From an uncultured Candidatus Micrarchaeota archaeon (GTDB taxonomy: Archaea; Micrarchaeota; Micrarchaeia; Anstonellales; Bilamarchaeaceae): DNA of 64,000 nt. Position 1 is the first letter of the stretch. Each line of letters opens with the position of its first letter. Location of the stretch: positions 877,348 through 941,347 of the forward strand of contig OY970229.1 in the NCBI GenBank assembly GCA_963714085.1. The letters are read 5' to 3'. Of this stretch, positions 9,378-18,371 are shown one piece after another. The notes under the pieces were generated by a model. The model had not been told where the DNA came from. It did no database searches and was given only the letters and a program-made list of their open reading frames with translations. The translations under genes and the position numbers were made by a program.

Positions 9378-9400
9378 TATACTTATACACTATAAGTATA
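9378..9400. promoter_or_regulatory. Perfect inverted repeat, candidate operator of the DUF736-radA operon
   Basis: TATACTTATA-CAC-TATAAGTATA (10-bp arms), 16 nt upstream of the 9361 start. Confidence 0.6.
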
Positions 9401-9519
9401 CATACTAAGGGGTTAGGGGAAAACCTGGTATAAAAGCGTTTCGGGGGTGGATTTCCGCGGTTCCGCGGTGAACAAAATCCCCCAATCCATCCCTGTGAAA
9501 CAATCCCTTTCAATGGTTA

Positions 9520-10899
9520 TCAGCTTTTGAAATACGCCTCGTACAGCGCCCTCGCGGCCTTCTGGCCGTCGCCGTTCCTCAGCCAGAGAATGAAGCTCAC
9601 TCCCTGGTGCGAATGGAACGGCACATCGATTCCCGCATCATAGAGCGCATCGAATATGCCCTTTGCCAGGCTCGGGGCCCCGCTGGCCTCTTCCCCTACA
9701 ATCGCGACCTCGCTGAGCTCGCGCACCCTTATCTCCCGCGGGGAGGTCGCGTTCCTTATCTTAGCCACCACCTCGCCGATGCCCATGCCAGCGTTTTCCA
9801 TGCTTTGTCTCCTTACTATCACCGAGATGTCGTTTACCGATGACGGAGCGTGCTCCACCGAGATACCCGCATCGCGGAACGGTCTTAGCAGGCTGTCGAA
9901 GAATCCTACAGCATTAGCAATCCCGTATTTCACGACATCGAAAGCCAGGATCTCGCCCCTGTGGACTATGCCGGTTATACCGTGCTCGCTCCTGTCCACC
10001 TCCGGCAGTATGTGGGTCCCCTCCGACGATTCTTCAAAAGTGCTGAGCACCTGAGTCGGTATGCCATATATGGAAATCGGCTCAGCCGCCTCATACTGGA
10101 AAACCCCGAACTTCCCGCCCTGCGTCAGTTCTATGAGATTGCGGTGCGTCATCCTCCTTATCACCGGCGCGTCTGGATCTATGGAAGGCTCCACCACGCG
10201 TATGCCGTTCGTGTCAGTGAAATTCTGGTATAACCGAGCGTGCAATGCCGATGCGAGCACCGCTCCGGTATAGTCGCTCCCGCCCCTCGCGAACGTCCTT
10301 ATCGCTCCTCCGGAATCATAGCCGTAGAAACCGGGGAACACGATGCGTCCGCCGTTACCAAGCACGTCTTGGACCCTGCTCCTGATTGCGGGGTAATCTT
10401 CGTCCCGCACGTAATTCTGGTTGCCGGTGCGGCTGACGATGAATGCCGCATCCGCGGGGTCCAGATAGCACGCTTTCACCCCTATCATGTTCAGGTAATC
10501 CGCCATTAGGCGCGCATTGAGCTCTTCGCCTAAGGCCGCGACTGGGGCGTCGTCATCTGCAAGCATCTTCACCCTTCCAAGCACAGTCTCCTTTATCCTG
10601 CCGCTGATTTTGGCGCCCATGCCAAGCCCGCCCTCGATGTCCCGGTAAACCCTCTCAACACCAGCTATATCGTCTTCAAGGGGTTGTTTTTTACGCGCTT
10701 TTTCGACGATGTGGAGAAGCCTGTCCGTCACCTTTATGTCATTCGCCTGCCCGCTGTTCGATCCCTTTGTTTTGCCCGGGGCTGAGACCACGACGATCCT
10801 CATATCCGTATTCTTTGTAACCCTCATCCCCACAGTTTTGAAGCAATCCGCATTAGCCAGAGAGCTACCGCCGAATTTCGCGACAATCAAACTTGACAT
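9520..10899 (-). CDS. lysC: Aspartate kinase with C-terminal ACT domains
   Basis: VAKFGGSSLA, VVVSAPGK, GEELNA, TFARGGSDYTG and FTDTNG motifs. Confidence 0.92.
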   Translation of the reverse strand: MSSLIVAKFGGSSLANADCFKTVGMRVTKNTDMRIVVVSAPGKTKGSNSGQANDIKVTDRLLHIVEKARKKQPLEDDIAGVERVYRDIEGGLGMGAKISGRIKETVLGRVKMLADDDAPVAALGEELNARLMADYLNMIGVKACYLDPADAAFIVSRTGNQNYVRDEDYPAIRSRVQDVLGNGGRIVFPGFYGYDSGGAIRTFARGGSDYTGAVLASALHARLYQNFTDTNGIRVVEPSIDPDAPVIRRMTHRNLIELTQGGKFGVFQYEAAEPISIYGIPTQVLSTFEESSEGTHILPEVDRSEHGITGIVHRGEILAFDVVKYGIANAVGFFDSLLRPFRDAGISVEHAPSSVNDISVIVRRQSMENAGMGIGEVVAKIRNATSPREIRVRELSEVAIVGEEASGAPSLAKGIFDALYDAGIDVPFHSHQGVSFILWLRNGDGQKAARALYEAYFKS

Positions 10900-11022
10900 A
10901 TCATGGCACCTCGAAGTTTTTGTATGTGGCTATTGGTAAATGTTCATATATATTAATCGAATGTCTGAAAAAGAACAAAAAATGAAGATAATGTTTTAAA
11001 ATGAACCAAACACAGGTTCCAC

Positions 11023-11673
11023 ATGGTCACCATAGCCAAAGTCGTCGAGAAACTCGTGAAGCAGAACCCTTCGCTCGAGATCTCCCTTTCCAAGGACATC
11101 GTCAGCTACTCGAAGCTCGCGCGCTACGTGCACAACGAGGTGGAGAGGGAGTTCGGCAAGAAGGTCAACGATGCGGCGATAACCGTGGCGCTCAAGCGGC
11201 TGAAAGAACGCTCCGGACGCCTATACGAGGCGAAGAAGGGCGAGTACTACGCGCTCGAGCTAAACACCAGCTCCAATCTCATGGAGCTCACAATCGGCAG
11301 GAGCGGCCGCCTGCCGCAGATAATGAAGTCCATATACGAGTTCCCGGAGCTCGAGGAAGGCTGCATCATGCACGCCGTGCACGGGAACAACCAGACTACG
11401 TTCGTTTTCAGCAGCCGTCTCGAGAAGCGGATGAAGGCATTGGTCTCGAGCGAGAAGGCGATCTTCGACATGAAGGGCCTGGCCCAGCTCTCCATAAAGT
11501 TCGACGAGAAGATGTTCCAGACCCCGGGTTTTATCGTCTACGTGCTCAAGGAGCTGGCCTGGAACAATATCGGAATAGTCGAGATCATCTCCACCTATAC
11601 GGAGCTTATCGTGATAGTGAAGGAGGAGGACCTGCTGAATACGCACAGGATCGTGCAGGAGCTGCTTTTCTGA
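11023..11673 (+). CDS. Putative HTH + ACT-domain amino-acid-responsive regulator
   Basis: N-terminal helices (SYSKLARY..., AITVALKRL) and a C-terminal ACT-like TPGFIVYVLKELAWNNIGIVEIISTYTE. Divergent from lysC. Confidence 0.7.
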   Translation: MVTIAKVVEKLVKQNPSLEISLSKDIVSYSKLARYVHNEVEREFGKKVNDAAITVALKRLKERSGRLYEAKKGEYYALELNTSSNLMELTIGRSGRLPQIMKSIYEFPELEEGCIMHAVHGNNQTTFVFSSRLEKRMKALVSSEKAIFDMKGLAQLSIKFDEKMFQTPGFIVYVLKELAWNNIGIVEIISTYTELIVIVKEEDLLNTHRIVQELLF

Positions 11674-11744
11674 GTAAGAACCACATTCTCCCATATTGCA
11701 AAACCTTTTAAACTGCGACTGGCATATCATACCAAGTGAAATGC

Positions 11745-12371
11745 ATGGCATCAGAAGACGGACTCATGGTTGAACGGAAAAGCCGATACAGAATCCTCGT
11801 GGTGGAAGACAACCCCGAATTCATGGAAAACGCCCTCAGAGCAATCGCCGGAAAAGGGCACGACGCGCTCCCTGCCACCAACCTCGAAGAGGTTCTTCAT
11901 CTCGAGAGGCTCAAGCTGGATTTCATACTCAGCGACGTGCATTTCCCAAATGAGCTCGGCGGGGAACCGGTCGAGAACATAGTCCCGCTCATGCACGCAG
12001 CCCTTGAAGCCAACGTGCCAATCTGCTTCGTGACGCAGGCCGACCATCACGGCCTGACTGAAAGCGATCAAGGGTATATCTCCATCAAGCCGCTTACCAT
12101 AAGCGACCTCCTGCAGACGCTCATGACGCTCAGACAGCCGAACGCGGACAAGACGAAGAAAGCGTTCTCCAGCGTTCAGTCGACAGATTCCATGGTCATC
12201 GAGGCCGGTGCCAAGACGCGTGAGATATGGGAGACGGCCTTTGAAAGGCTTCAGAACGTATGCGCGCAGAAACCGCGCCCCATTGAGCTCGTGATACGGA
12301 CGGTCAGAGAGACCGCAGGAGTGAAAGTCGGGGTCGAAAATGGGCTGCTGGTTCTGAGACCGCGTTCCTGA
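11745..12371 (+). CDS. Response-regulator receiver (CheY-like) domain protein
   Basis: RILVVEDN, ILSD (phospho-Asp), FVT and IKP motifs, followed by an unrecognised C-terminal extension. Confidence 0.75.
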   Translation: MASEDGLMVERKSRYRILVVEDNPEFMENALRAIAGKGHDALPATNLEEVLHLERLKLDFILSDVHFPNELGGEPVENIVPLMHAALEANVPICFVTQADHHGLTESDQGYISIKPLTISDLLQTLMTLRQPNADKTKKAFSSVQSTDSMVIEAGAKTREIWETAFERLQNVCAQKPRPIELVIRTVRETAGVKVGVENGLLVLRPRS

Positions 12372-12373
12372 TC

Positions 12374-12643
12374 CTATCTCAGCAAGCCGCCATTCGTCTG
12401 CTGAACAAAGCTCGCCGCGCCGCTGACCGCAGCGGCTGCGAGGACGATCACTACGAACGCAAATCCTATCGCGCCCGCCGGGGCCATCAAAAATGCAATT
12501 CTTTCCAATCTAGTTTTTTCGTCTGAGAGCCGTTTTCCTGCTAATAGGTAAGTTATCGCAGCGAACGCGAGAAGGGCGAGCGCCAGTAAAAACACTATGG
12601 GCGTGAACATCGAGAGAACCGCGACTATGGCCTCGATCATCAT
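12374..12643 (-). CDS. Small two-TM membrane protein (pilin-like)
   Basis: Two hydrophobic segments separated by a charged loop (KRLSDEKTRLER). The start overlaps the upstream stop. Confidence 0.55.
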   Translation of the reverse strand: MMIEAIVAVLSMFTPIVFLLALALLAFAAITYLLAGKRLSDEKTRLERIAFLMAPAGAIGFAFVVIVLAAAAVSGAASFVQQTNGGLLR

Positions 12644-12888
12644 TTCAGCAGCCCTGCGCTCCATTGCTGTATCAGCGTCGCGGCGCCGGCTATCGCGCCT
12701 ACGATGATGGCGCCGATTATCATGGATATCGCGGTCGTCTGCCATTTGCCCCTTATCTCAGGGGGCTGAGTCTGAGCAAGTCCGTAGACGATGCCTCCGA
12801 GCAGGAACAGTATGAGCGATATCACCGGAGCGATGTTCGTGAGAAAAGCCGCTATGTTGATCGCAGTCGTTTCAAGCCCTATTGCCAT
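12640..12888 (-). CDS. TrbC/VirB2-like small two-TM pilin candidate
   Basis: 82 aa: TM, GLAQTQPPEIRGKWQ loop, then TM (MIIGAIIVGAIAG). Confidence 0.55.
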   Translation of the reverse strand: MAIGLETTAINIAAFLTNIAPVISLILFLLGGIVYGLAQTQPPEIRGKWQTTAISMIIGAIIVGAIAGAATLIQQWSAGLLK

Positions 12889-12956
12889 GGATTGGTAAGG
12901 CGAAAAAGAGTTTTTAAACCGCTTGTTGCGCTTTCATGCCTCCGGAAACAGATGGT

Positions 12957-13967
12957 TCACGGGTTGGTTTTCGCCACTTTCCTGCAAAAATCCACCAATC
13001 TGCAGGAATAGCCGTATTCGTTGTCATACCAGGCCGATATCTTCACGAGGTTGCCCACTGCCTTGGTGAGCTTGGAATCGACTATCGCCGACTCGCTGGT
13101 CCCTATTATGTCGCAGGACACCAGCGGCTCCTCGGTGTACCCGAGTACGCCCTTGAGCTCCTCACGCGAAGCGCGCTCCAGCTCCTTGTTCAGCTCCTTG
13201 GCGTCTGCTTCCTTATCCAGCAGGAGCGTCATGTCGTTCATGGAGCCGTCCGGCACCGGCACGCGGAACGCGAGGCCGTCCAGCTTCCCCTTGAGCTCGG
13301 GCATCACGAGGCCGATCGCCTTCGCTGCGCCGGTCTTGGTCGGTATTATGGACACCGCGCCCGCCCTCGCCCGCCTCCAGTCCTTGTGCGAGCCGTCCAG
13401 CATGCGCTGGTCGTTGGTGTAGGCGTGTATCGTGCTCAGGAAGCCCCTCTGCACCCCGTATTTGGCATGGATGACCTTGAGCACCGGCGCGAGGCAATTC
13501 GTGGTGCAGGAGGCCATGGACACTATCCTCATGTCCTTGTTGTAGGTGTGGTCGTTCACCCCCATGACTATGGTCGCGTCGCATTCGTCCCCCGGGGCCG
13601 ATATGAGCACCTTCTTCGCCCCGGCGCTTATATGCTTCTCCGCTTCGGCGCGCGAGGTGAATTCGCCCGAGCTCTCCAGCACGAGGTCGATCTCCATCTC
13701 CTTCCACGGAAGTTTTAGCGGGTCGGCCTCCTGTATCCATTTTATCTCGTGGCCGTTCACGCAGAAGTTCCCGTTCTTGGCCGCCACCTCTCCCTTGAAC
13801 CTGCCGAAGGCTGAATCATATTTGAAAAGATGGAGGTGCATGTCCATGTTGCTTCTCGTGTTTATGGCGACGACATCGAAATCCTTGCCCAGCGCCCCGC
13901 TCGCCACGGCTGCGCGGAGGAAGTTCTTCCCTATCCTGCCGAACCCTGATATGGCTACCCTCAGCAT
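12957..13967 (-). CDS. gap: Glyceraldehyde-3-phosphate dehydrogenase, class I (bacterial type)
   Basis: GFGRIG, catalytic ASCTTNCLAP and SAWYDNEYGYS. A GGTGGGAG SD-like sequence precedes ATG 13967. Confidence 0.96.
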   Translation of the reverse strand: MLRVAISGFGRIGKNFLRAAVASGALGKDFDVVAINTRSNMDMHLHLFKYDSAFGRFKGEVAAKNGNFCVNGHEIKWIQEADPLKLPWKEMEIDLVLESSGEFTSRAEAEKHISAGAKKVLISAPGDECDATIVMGVNDHTYNKDMRIVSMASCTTNCLAPVLKVIHAKYGVQRGFLSTIHAYTNDQRMLDGSHKDWRRARAGAVSIIPTKTGAAKAIGLVMPELKGKLDGLAFRVPVPDGSMNDMTLLLDKEADAKELNKELERASREELKGVLGYTEEPLVSCDIIGTSESAIVDSKLTKAVGNLVKISAWYDNEYGYSCRLVDFCRKVAKTNP

Positions 13968-14069
13968 AACTCCCACCTGATTAGTTGATGCCATATGGAC
14001 AAGAAAAAGTTATAACCCTTCTTCCCTTGGGGTCGGGAGCTGATTCGCATCTCCCTGGTCGATCAGGTC

Positions 14070-14468
14070 TCATATCAGTTCCGAATATTGTCTCCTGAGG
14101 TCGGCAAGCTCCGGGTTTTGCGTTGCAGCCTTTGCAATGTCTTTTTTGAATCCGACTATCTGTTCCGGAGTCGCTTCTCTCACACTCATATTCCTGGGCG
14201 GGCCCATGTTCAGAACCACGATACCCCCGATCTTTTCGACATTAACGCACCGGAGGAACAGAAAACCCCTTCTCGGCAACCAAGCGAGGTTCTCGCTGCC
14301 GCTTTCTGTTCTAGTGTCAAAAGTTCTATACGTTTTCGTGATCAGCGGCTGCCCAGTCCGTGTGTGAGACAATATTACCGGGCGCTCCCCTGCACGTTCG
14401 AATTCTTTTCTCCTTTGTCCTTCGGTTTGCCCGCTCTTCTGTTCCTTGGGATGTGTTAAGAGGCTCAT
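14070..14468 (-). CDS. Hypothetical protein
   Basis: 132-aa ORF with an AT-rich upstream region. No family recognised. Confidence 0.5.
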   Translation of the reverse strand: MSLLTHPKEQKSGQTEGQRRKEFERAGERPVILSHTRTGQPLITKTYRTFDTRTESGSENLAWLPRRGFLFLRCVNVEKIGGIVVLNMGPPRNMSVREATPEQIVGFKKDIAKAATQNPELADLRRQYSELI

Positions 14469-14591
14469 GATATCACTTGAGTTAACGTATGCGTCATAGT
14501 ATTTTAAATGTTTTCTATCACTTATAACAACATAAACTTTTTGGTTGGCGCAGAACCGATTAATCCCGCCGTGGCATCCATGCAGATGCTA

Positions 14592-15362
14592 TCAATCGAA
14601 GGCGGATGCCCTATATGACAGGTCCCAAGGCGTGAAATCCTCTCCCCTCGCCACTGCGCTAATGATTTTCGCCACCATTTTTTCTGCGATGGATTCGAAT
14701 CTCGGGGCAGCCATCGACTTTCCGTTAACTTTGCCGTTAATCAGGACCTGGTTGATTCTCGCCTGACCGTCCGCATCGATAACGAGCCATTCCGTTCTTC
14801 CGGCGCCCGCGACCACGCATTGCATCTCGAGCAATACGACATCCCCTGTTCCATAATGCACAATGCTATATTCAAAGGTCATCTCCCTGCCGCTCTCGGT
14901 TGCGTACTCTTTCCTGATTCGGTTGTATACGCTCAGCCGACCCGTGTCCGCGTCCAGGTGTTTAAGCATGAATCCGTTCCCCAGGATCGCGTTCTGGGTG
15001 ATCTTCGCCATCCTCGTGACCGGGTTATAGATCACCCTGGCACCGTCAACAAGCCGCGGGACTATGCCGGAGTATTCATGCGCATCGTAAATCAGACCAC
15101 CGTCGGGATCATGTATCGTGGCGGTCACAAGCCCGTTCGTGAGGTTATGCGCTTCCAAGTGCACTGTCATGCCGTTAATGCGCGCCTTTATCCCGTCCGG
15201 GTCGGCGTACGTTTTGCGAATCATGCACTCCTTTTCATATCTGGCGACCCTTGCCAGGTCCCTTTCATGCACCGACATCCAGGAAACGTGCGGAAGCCTG
15301 ACCGTTGATTCGACCGCCATGCCTTTGAGAAGTCCGATTCTCTTCAGAGTGCCCGCTTTCAT
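14592..15362 (-). CDS. Hypothetical beta-rich protein
   Basis: Long ORF with a TTTTAAAA TATA-like element about 25 nt upstream of ATG 15362. The start is uncertain. Confidence 0.55.
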   Translation of the reverse strand: MKAGTLKRIGLLKGMAVESTVRLPHVSWMSVHERDLARVARYEKECMIRKTYADPDGIKARINGMTVHLEAHNLTNGLVTATIHDPDGGLIYDAHEYSGIVPRLVDGARVIYNPVTRMAKITQNAILGNGFMLKHLDADTGRLSVYNRIRKEYATESGREMTFEYSIVHYGTGDVVLLEMQCVVAGAGRTEWLVIDADGQARINQVLINGKVNGKSMAAPRFESIAEKMVAKIISAVARGEDFTPWDLSYRASAFD

Positions 15363-15459
15363 AATGTTGATATGCAACAATACGTTTTAAAACATGCCCA
15401 TGCACCAAAACCCACCGCCGCCGGCGCGCCCGGCCCGCATTAAAAACCTGCGAGTCCAT

Positions 15460-16077
15460 ATGAGGGCTATGCGCGGTTTTATTCTGACGGTCCTGCTGCT
15501 CGCATGCGTCCTCATCGCCGGGTGCGCCACCCAAAACCCCCAAGCGCAGGCGGAGAACAGCACGATGCCGACCGCCCCAATTGCCAACGTTTCGCCAAAC
15601 ATTGCCCCGAACGCAAGCACCCCGGCAGCCAGCCCGGCGCCCGGCATCGCCCAGAACGCGAGCGCGCCGCCCGCGAACCCGGCGCCGAACATCACCCGGA
15701 ACCTGAGCGTCCAGACAACGCCTGCGGATTCCTCAGGGCAGAACCTTTCCACGGACTTCGACAAGGTCTATTCCGGTGACGGCAAGCTCATGGTGTACTT
15801 CTTCTATTCCAGCACCTGCGAGAAATGCAAAATCATAGCCCCGTTCGTGGCCGGGATCGCGGAGCAGTACGGGAACGTAACCGAATGGCAGGACTACGAC
15901 ATAAACGGAGCGCAAGGCAGGTCCGCCTATTTCAGTTTTTTCAAACAGATGAACCTGGACCAGGACCGCTCCGGGGTGCCGACCATCCTGGTGAACGACA
16001 CCGTGCTTGTCGGAATATACGAGATAAACGATTCTCTGGAGCAGATAATCAACGGATCGATCATCACGCCGCAATGA
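15460..16077 (+). CDS. Secreted/lipoprotein thioredoxin-fold protein
   Basis: Lipobox LIAGC, Pro/Ala/Asn linker, YFFYSSTCEKC (CxxC) and cis-Pro GVPTI. Confidence 0.8.
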   Translation: MRAMRGFILTVLLLACVLIAGCATQNPQAQAENSTMPTAPIANVSPNIAPNASTPAASPAPGIAQNASAPPANPAPNITRNLSVQTTPADSSGQNLSTDFDKVYSGDGKLMVYFFYSSTCEKCKIIAPFVAGIAEQYGNVTEWQDYDINGAQGRSAYFSFFKQMNLDQDRSGVPTILVNDTVLVGIYEINDSLEQIINGSIITPQ

Positions 16078-16130
16078 GCGGTGGGCGCGCGTTCACTTGT
16101 TTTAAATCATTTGCCTCCGATTAGCCATCC

Positions 16131-17162
16131 ATGAAGGTCATCCACTTCGATCCCAAGACCGGCGAGCTCAAGGTGGCAGCCGATACAGTGGACGACCTCT
16201 GGCACCTGGACAAGGTCCTTGGCGCCGGCTCCCGCGTGGAGGCTCACACCACCAGGACGTACAAGGTCGGGAACAAGGAGGAGAAGAAGCACGTCTTCAT
16301 CACCATAGAGGTCGAGCGGGTGGAGTTCAGCAAGTCCCTGAACCGGCTCAGGCTATTAGGGAAGATAGTGGCCGGGGACCCCGAGGAGTTCGTGCAGATG
16401 GGCAAGCACCATACCATAGAGGTTTCCCCGGGCGACAAGATAAAGATCATCCAGCAGTGGAAGTCCCACCAGCTCAACCGGCTCAAGGAGGCGGAGAAGG
16501 AGTCCAAGAAGCCCAAGATACGCATAATCGTGCTGGACGACGAGAAGGCGCTCACGGCCATGGTGCGCGCCTACGGCATCGAGTACGGGCCGGAGCTGTA
16601 CTCCTCCGCCAGCAAGAGGGACGAGAAGCACGACGAGAGCGTGCGCTCCTATTTCGGCGCCGTCGCGGCCGAGATAGAGCGACACCCTGAGAAATACGTG
16701 GTCGCGGGCCCGGGCTTCACCAAGGACAACCTGAAGAAATTCATATCGCAGAAATACCCGGACCTCCTCAAGCGCATCTCCTGGGAGTCCTGCTCCTATG
16801 CCGAGCGCGCGGGCGTCAACGAGCTGATGAAGCAGGGCGTGCTGGAGAAGATCATGGGCGAGGAGCGCATCGAGCGCGAGACCAAACTTGTCGAAGAGCT
16901 CATCACTGAAATCCACAAGGACAGCGGGCTGGCCGCTTATGGAATCAAAGAGGTCGCGAAGTCGGTCGACGCCTCAGCGGTGAAGCAGGTCCTCGTCCTC
17001 GACGAATACCTCCGGACGGACAAGGAAGCCGAGGATCTGGTGGAGAGGGCGGACAAATCCAAGGCCGCAATAATCATAATCTCTTCGGAAGAGGAGCCGG
17101 GCATGAAGCTCAAAGGCTTCGGCAAGATTGCAGCACTGCTCAAGTTCAAGATGCGTGAGTGA
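16131..17162 (+). CDS. pelA: Pelota/Dom34 ribosome-rescue factor
   Basis: DDLWHL, RLRLLGKI, HHTIEV, VVAGPGFTK, AYGIKEV and GKIAALLKF motifs. Confidence 0.96.
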   Translation: MKVIHFDPKTGELKVAADTVDDLWHLDKVLGAGSRVEAHTTRTYKVGNKEEKKHVFITIEVERVEFSKSLNRLRLLGKIVAGDPEEFVQMGKHHTIEVSPGDKIKIIQQWKSHQLNRLKEAEKESKKPKIRIIVLDDEKALTAMVRAYGIEYGPELYSSASKRDEKHDESVRSYFGAVAAEIERHPEKYVVAGPGFTKDNLKKFISQKYPDLLKRISWESCSYAERAGVNELMKQGVLEKIMGEERIERETKLVEELITEIHKDSGLAAYGIKEVAKSVDASAVKQVLVLDEYLRTDKEAEDLVERADKSKAAIIIISSEEEPGMKLKGFGKIAALLKFKMRE

Positions 17163-17261
17163 ACGTTGCGCCTCTCGCAGACAAGGCCTGAAAAGCGCAA
17201 CTTATTGTTTTTGGTGTCAAAAAATGAAGTTATTTAAAATACGTCTTTCTATAATGTCCTT

Positions 17262-18329
17262 ATGGGCGGGACCACCTTCAGCTCTATCAAGCCAGCACTC
17301 ACATCCATACTGAGCGGCAAGGATGTTAACCCGATGCGGGATTTCAGGCTCCTGGAGCATAGTCATTTCGACAACGTCAGCATGGGCACAAAGCCGAGCG
17401 GCACGCTGCACATGGGCAATCTTTTCGTCCTGGCATCGTGCATGCACTATCTGCGCGTCAACAGCAGCGCCACGGTCCATGTCGACATCATGGACCTTGA
17501 TTTCAACAGCCATGGCGGCGCGCTGTTCATCCCGTTCATAAATCTGCCAGGCACCAAAGAATTCATAACGCAGTTGGATGCTGCGGTGGGCATCCTCTCC
17601 CGCGAGCTGGTTGTTGGGCCGGAACGCGTCAAAATACGGTATTTCTCCGATAAGCTCAAAGAAAGCGATTCCAAGCTCAGGAGGATGTTTCTCGGGCTGG
17701 CCAAGGATAAGGAAACGGCAGACGCACTCAAATACTGCATCTCAGACGGGCCGGGCCGCCGCCACGCCTACCCGCCAGGCTGTCATGCCGCAGTGCCGAT
17801 ATCCATGATATGCCCTGGCTGCGGCCAGTCCAACAGTAATTTCGCACATTACAATCCAACCCGCGCCCGGTTCACCGCGCAATGCTACAATCCGGGCTGC
17901 GCCGTAGGTGAATACGCCTCAGATCTTTCATCCGAACTCTTCAATGTGTACTACCTGTCTCAGACCGTAAGAGACCTGCTCTTGCCGTCCCGCACTATCC
18001 ATATCTACGGAGGCGACTATGACATGTCCCATGGCAAAAGTAATGCATCGAGGTTCATGCGTGCAGCAGCGATTGTGGAAGCAACGAAGCTGAATCTCGG
18101 GTTGGCAACCGGGATGCCATCTTTCTTCATAACCCCCATGATAACTAACCGCGATGGCACGAAGATATCAAAGAGCGCGTGCAACAGGGGGCCGGCGTGC
18201 GGGAACCTGGTCTCCCACCTGCGGGACGAGATAGCGCACGTTGTCAAGCTGATGCAATCATGCGTAGATGGCACGTTTGCGGGTCCCATTCTTACGGCTT
18301 CTGGAGATAACGCATCTTGTGCTGAATGA
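17262..18329 (+). CDS. Class I aminoacyl-tRNA synthetase-like paralogue (LysRS-I-like catalytic domain only)
   Basis: GTKPSGTLHMGN (HIGH), CPGCG...CYNPGC Zn insert, HIYGGDY and GTKISKS (KMSKS). It ends about 50 aa after KISKS. Confidence 0.7.
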   Translation: MGGTTFSSIKPALTSILSGKDVNPMRDFRLLEHSHFDNVSMGTKPSGTLHMGNLFVLASCMHYLRVNSSATVHVDIMDLDFNSHGGALFIPFINLPGTKEFITQLDAAVGILSRELVVGPERVKIRYFSDKLKESDSKLRRMFLGLAKDKETADALKYCISDGPGRRHAYPPGCHAAVPISMICPGCGQSNSNFAHYNPTRARFTAQCYNPGCAVGEYASDLSSELFNVYYLSQTVRDLLLPSRTIHIYGGDYDMSHGKSNASRFMRAAAIVEATKLNLGLATGMPSFFITPMITNRDGTKISKSACNRGPACGNLVSHLRDEIAHVVKLMQSCVDGTFAGPILTASGDNASCAE

Positions 18330-18371
18330 AACCGTGTAGCACCTGACAACTTTGATAGAAATCGCCCATCC

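Noticed and set aside
9440-9485. GC-rich imperfect hairpin or tRNA-like element after lysC
   Set aside because: No cloverleaf or T-loop consensus. At most a terminator or stability stem.
10900-11022. Leader peptide or lysine riboswitch before lysC
   Set aside because: Only a 5-codon MNIYQ uORF with no Lys/Thr run. The region is short, AT-rich and shows no evident structure.
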